Source: a bacterium (lineage in GTDB: Bacteria > UBA8248). Taken from it: a stretch of 64,000 nucleotides of DNA. The DNA lies in the NCBI GenBank assembly GCA_965261085.1, contig OZ253442.1:608001-672000 (forward strand). The letters run 5' to 3'. Positions within the stretch are counted from its first letter, which is position 1, and every line of letters begins with the position of its first letter. Shown in pieces: positions 62,050-64,000 of the stretch. The translations under genes and the position numbers were made by a program. Below the pieces are notes generated by a model. It saw nothing but the letters and a program-made list of their open reading frames with translations, was not told where the DNA came from and searched no databases.

Positions 62050-62721
62050 ATGCCAGAAGACCTATCTACTCCGGGGCTGGAGGTTTTTCGAGAATATAGA
62101 AATTTGGCGGATTTGTTTCGAGAAGAAACGGATGGGCTTCCTGGGGAATTGTATGGGTTGATATTGTCCGAGAAAAGTTGGGGAGCTTGGTCCATCAAAG
62201 AGCAAATCAGCCATACAGCATGGATCCCCTATCTTTTTTTCCTGGAATTTTGGCCGCCTTTTTTGTATCCGGACTCTTTGCCGCGGGATAAATCTTTAGT
62301 GGATACAGGTGGGGCGGACAGGATGTTGGATCCCGCTCGATTTCCCGAGATGTCCGATGTAATGACTGCGCTTGATGATGCCTATGCTTTGTGTCGAGAG
62401 GTTTTATCAAAAGAAACGCTTGCCACACTAAAAAACAAGGAATTGCCCAGGAAGTATTCACCAGACAGAACGTGGGCAAACGGTGAGCGGGTGATTGATT
62501 ATTTTCAAAATCTCGTTTTGCCTGCTCATGAGAGGGGTTTTCGTAAAGACGAGAACGATCCTTATTTGTATTACCAAACGCTTGAGTGCACGTTTCGCCA
62601 CATATTGTGGGAATCCTATGTGCACCTAATCACCATCCAGGAGTTCAAGCGGTTCCAGGGTTTGCCGATTCCCAGGAACGTGCCGAGGGATGGGTATGCC
62701 GCGATGCTCACTTGGGAATAA
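62050..62721 (+). CDS. DinB-superfamily protein, paralog of 59815-60498
   Basis: WSIKEQISHTA...FRHILWESYVHLITI. Confidence 0.7.
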   Translation: MPEDLSTPGLEVFREYRNLADLFREETDGLPGELYGLILSEKSWGAWSIKEQISHTAWIPYLFFLEFWPPFLYPDSLPRDKSLVDTGGADRMLDPARFPEMSDVMTALDDAYALCREVLSKETLATLKNKELPRKYSPDRTWANGERVIDYFQNLVLPAHERGFRKDENDPYLYYQTLECTFRHILWESYVHLITIQEFKRFQGLPIPRNVPRDGYAAMLTWE

Positions 62722-62806
62722 GTGCAGTCATTCTCTGATGTTGTTTTCGCTTTCATGGTTGTTGAATTTTCCAAGTCGCTAATCATCCTGAAGCAGGAGG
62801 TTGCTC

Positions 62807-64000
62807 ATGAAAACCCTTCGCCGGGGGATTGGTGCACTGCGAGAGTATTTTTATGGTGAAGATATTGGTCAGGCGCAGATAGAGCCTGAAGACCCGATCG
62901 TAGTAGGCAGAATGGGTAAGTGGCGTATTACCTATAAAGTTGGCGCGCGTGGAATGAGCCGCGGAGGGGGTCTTCGCTTCACACCGCCCAACGGGTTCAC
63001 TACACCCCAATTTGAAGATATGACGGAGCCGGGATATTGCAAGTTCCGATGTTCGAACGAGAATGTCTCTTTGGTTCCTTCATTGATTGAGCCCGTGCTC
63101 GGCTATACTTTTCTGCCGGCCAGCCTGGATTTGAAGATTCAGGATTCTTCTTTGATCAAGAGTGATTTCATTGAAATCGTATATGGCTGGACACCATCCG
63201 GTATCCCCGGCGTACAAGCGCAATTCTTGGCTATGCCCGTGGAGTTTACCTTATCCATAGACTCCAGCGGTAAGGGTGATTGGGAGCTTCTTCCAAATCC
63301 GCCGAGATTTGATGTGGTGCCCGAGGAGGCATCCTTTCTTTGGGTGACGGCGCCAGCACAAGTAGTCGCGGGACAGAGCTTTTCCGTCCGGGCTGTGGTG
63401 CGAGATTGTTTCCACAATGTGGCGACAACAGCGTCATCCATTCCGCAGCTTCAATTACCAGACAATAAAACTATTTCTTTTCGTCAGGAATCGCCTGGAG
63501 TTTATGTTTGCGAAAACGTGGCGCTACATGCGAAGGGCGTTCATCGGCTAAAGGTTTTGGCGGATGGATTAACAGCCGCTCATACACCACCGATCCAGGT
63601 GTTGGATGAAGCCCCAGAACACGCACTTCTTTATGGAGACCCGCATTGTATGAGCGGGTTGTGCGTGGGGGAGTATCCGAGACCATCTACGGCGCGTGAA
63701 ATCGTGGAGTACGTCCACGCCTATGCGCGGGATTGCGCAGGCGTGGATTTCGCCGCCTGCACCTCTTTGGCCATGCGAATGGATGAGGTGCAATGGAAAG
63801 AAGTTACTGATGTGGCGAATCGGTTTTCAGAGGCGGGGAGATACGTGGCGCTTCCCGCGTATGAATGGTTTGGCATGCTCGAGCAAGATGGGAACAAAAA
63901 CGTCTATTTCTTGGATGATCAAGATATCCCGAAACTGGATTCCCGCAACCCGGACTCCGATCACCCGGAAAAACTCTGGAAACAACTCGAAAGATTCGAG
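62807..64000 (+). CDS. DUF3604/PHP-like metallohydrolase-family protein (runs off window end)
   Basis: AGGAGG RBS; manual translation open for 398 codons; YGDPH, YARDCAGVDFAA, PAYEW, GNKNVYF. Confidence 0.7.
   Translation, partial: MKTLRRGIGALREYFYGEDIGQAQIEPEDPIVVGRMGKWRITYKVGARGMSRGGGLRFTPPNGFTTPQFEDMTEPGYCKFRCSNENVSLVPSLIEPVLGYTFLPASLDLKIQDSSLIKSDFIEIVYGWTPSGIPGVQAQFLAMPVEFTLSIDSSGKGDWELLPNPPRFDVVPEEASFLWVTAPAQVVAGQSFSVRAVVRDCFHNVATTASSIPQLQLPDNKTISFRQESPGVYVCENVALHAKGVHRLKVLADGLTAAHTPPIQVLDEAPEHALLYGDPHCMSGLCVGEYPRPSTAREIVEYVHAYARDCAGVDFAACTSLAMRMDEVQWKEVTDVANRFSEAGRYVALPAYEWFGMLEQDGNKNVYFLDDQDIPKLDSRNPDSDHPEKLWKQLERFE

Overview
This is the replication-origin region of a GC-rich bacterial chromosome. 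Gene content loosely suggests a marine Nitrospinota/Tectomicrobia-like lineage (low confidence). The left half carries gyrA, gyrB, recF and dnaA (no dnaN), a bipartite oriC with DnaA boxes and DnaA-trios, rpmH-rnpA-yidD-yidC, mnmE, mnmG, three parS sites and parAB. Accessory genes are interspersed: a FliG_C/MotA-like fusion, SDRs, a betaine-type ABC transporter, and an AbiF/Abi_2 HEPN toxin with an upstream structured RNA. REP/MITE repeats and a truncated passenger-carrying IS1595 element bracketed by a 234-bp direct repeat are also present. Three in-frame UGA codons that the ORF track reads as stops sit at catalytic Cys positions, each followed by a SECIS-like hairpin: a secreted thioredoxin (WUGTC), a UGSC-motif protein (GGUGSCTLC) and an O6-alkylguanine DNA alkyltransferase (PUHRV). 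The right third, visibly more AT-rich, holds an uncharacterised catabolic-looking cluster: four tandem paralogous WSDGLPVxxPT proteins, an orphan Mo-hydroxylase large subunit, the UGSC selenoprotein, two crotonases, an atypical acyl-CoA dehydrogenase, Sec-Ogt and a thiol-dioxygenase-like cupin. All calls come from reading motifs by eye; no database search was run.
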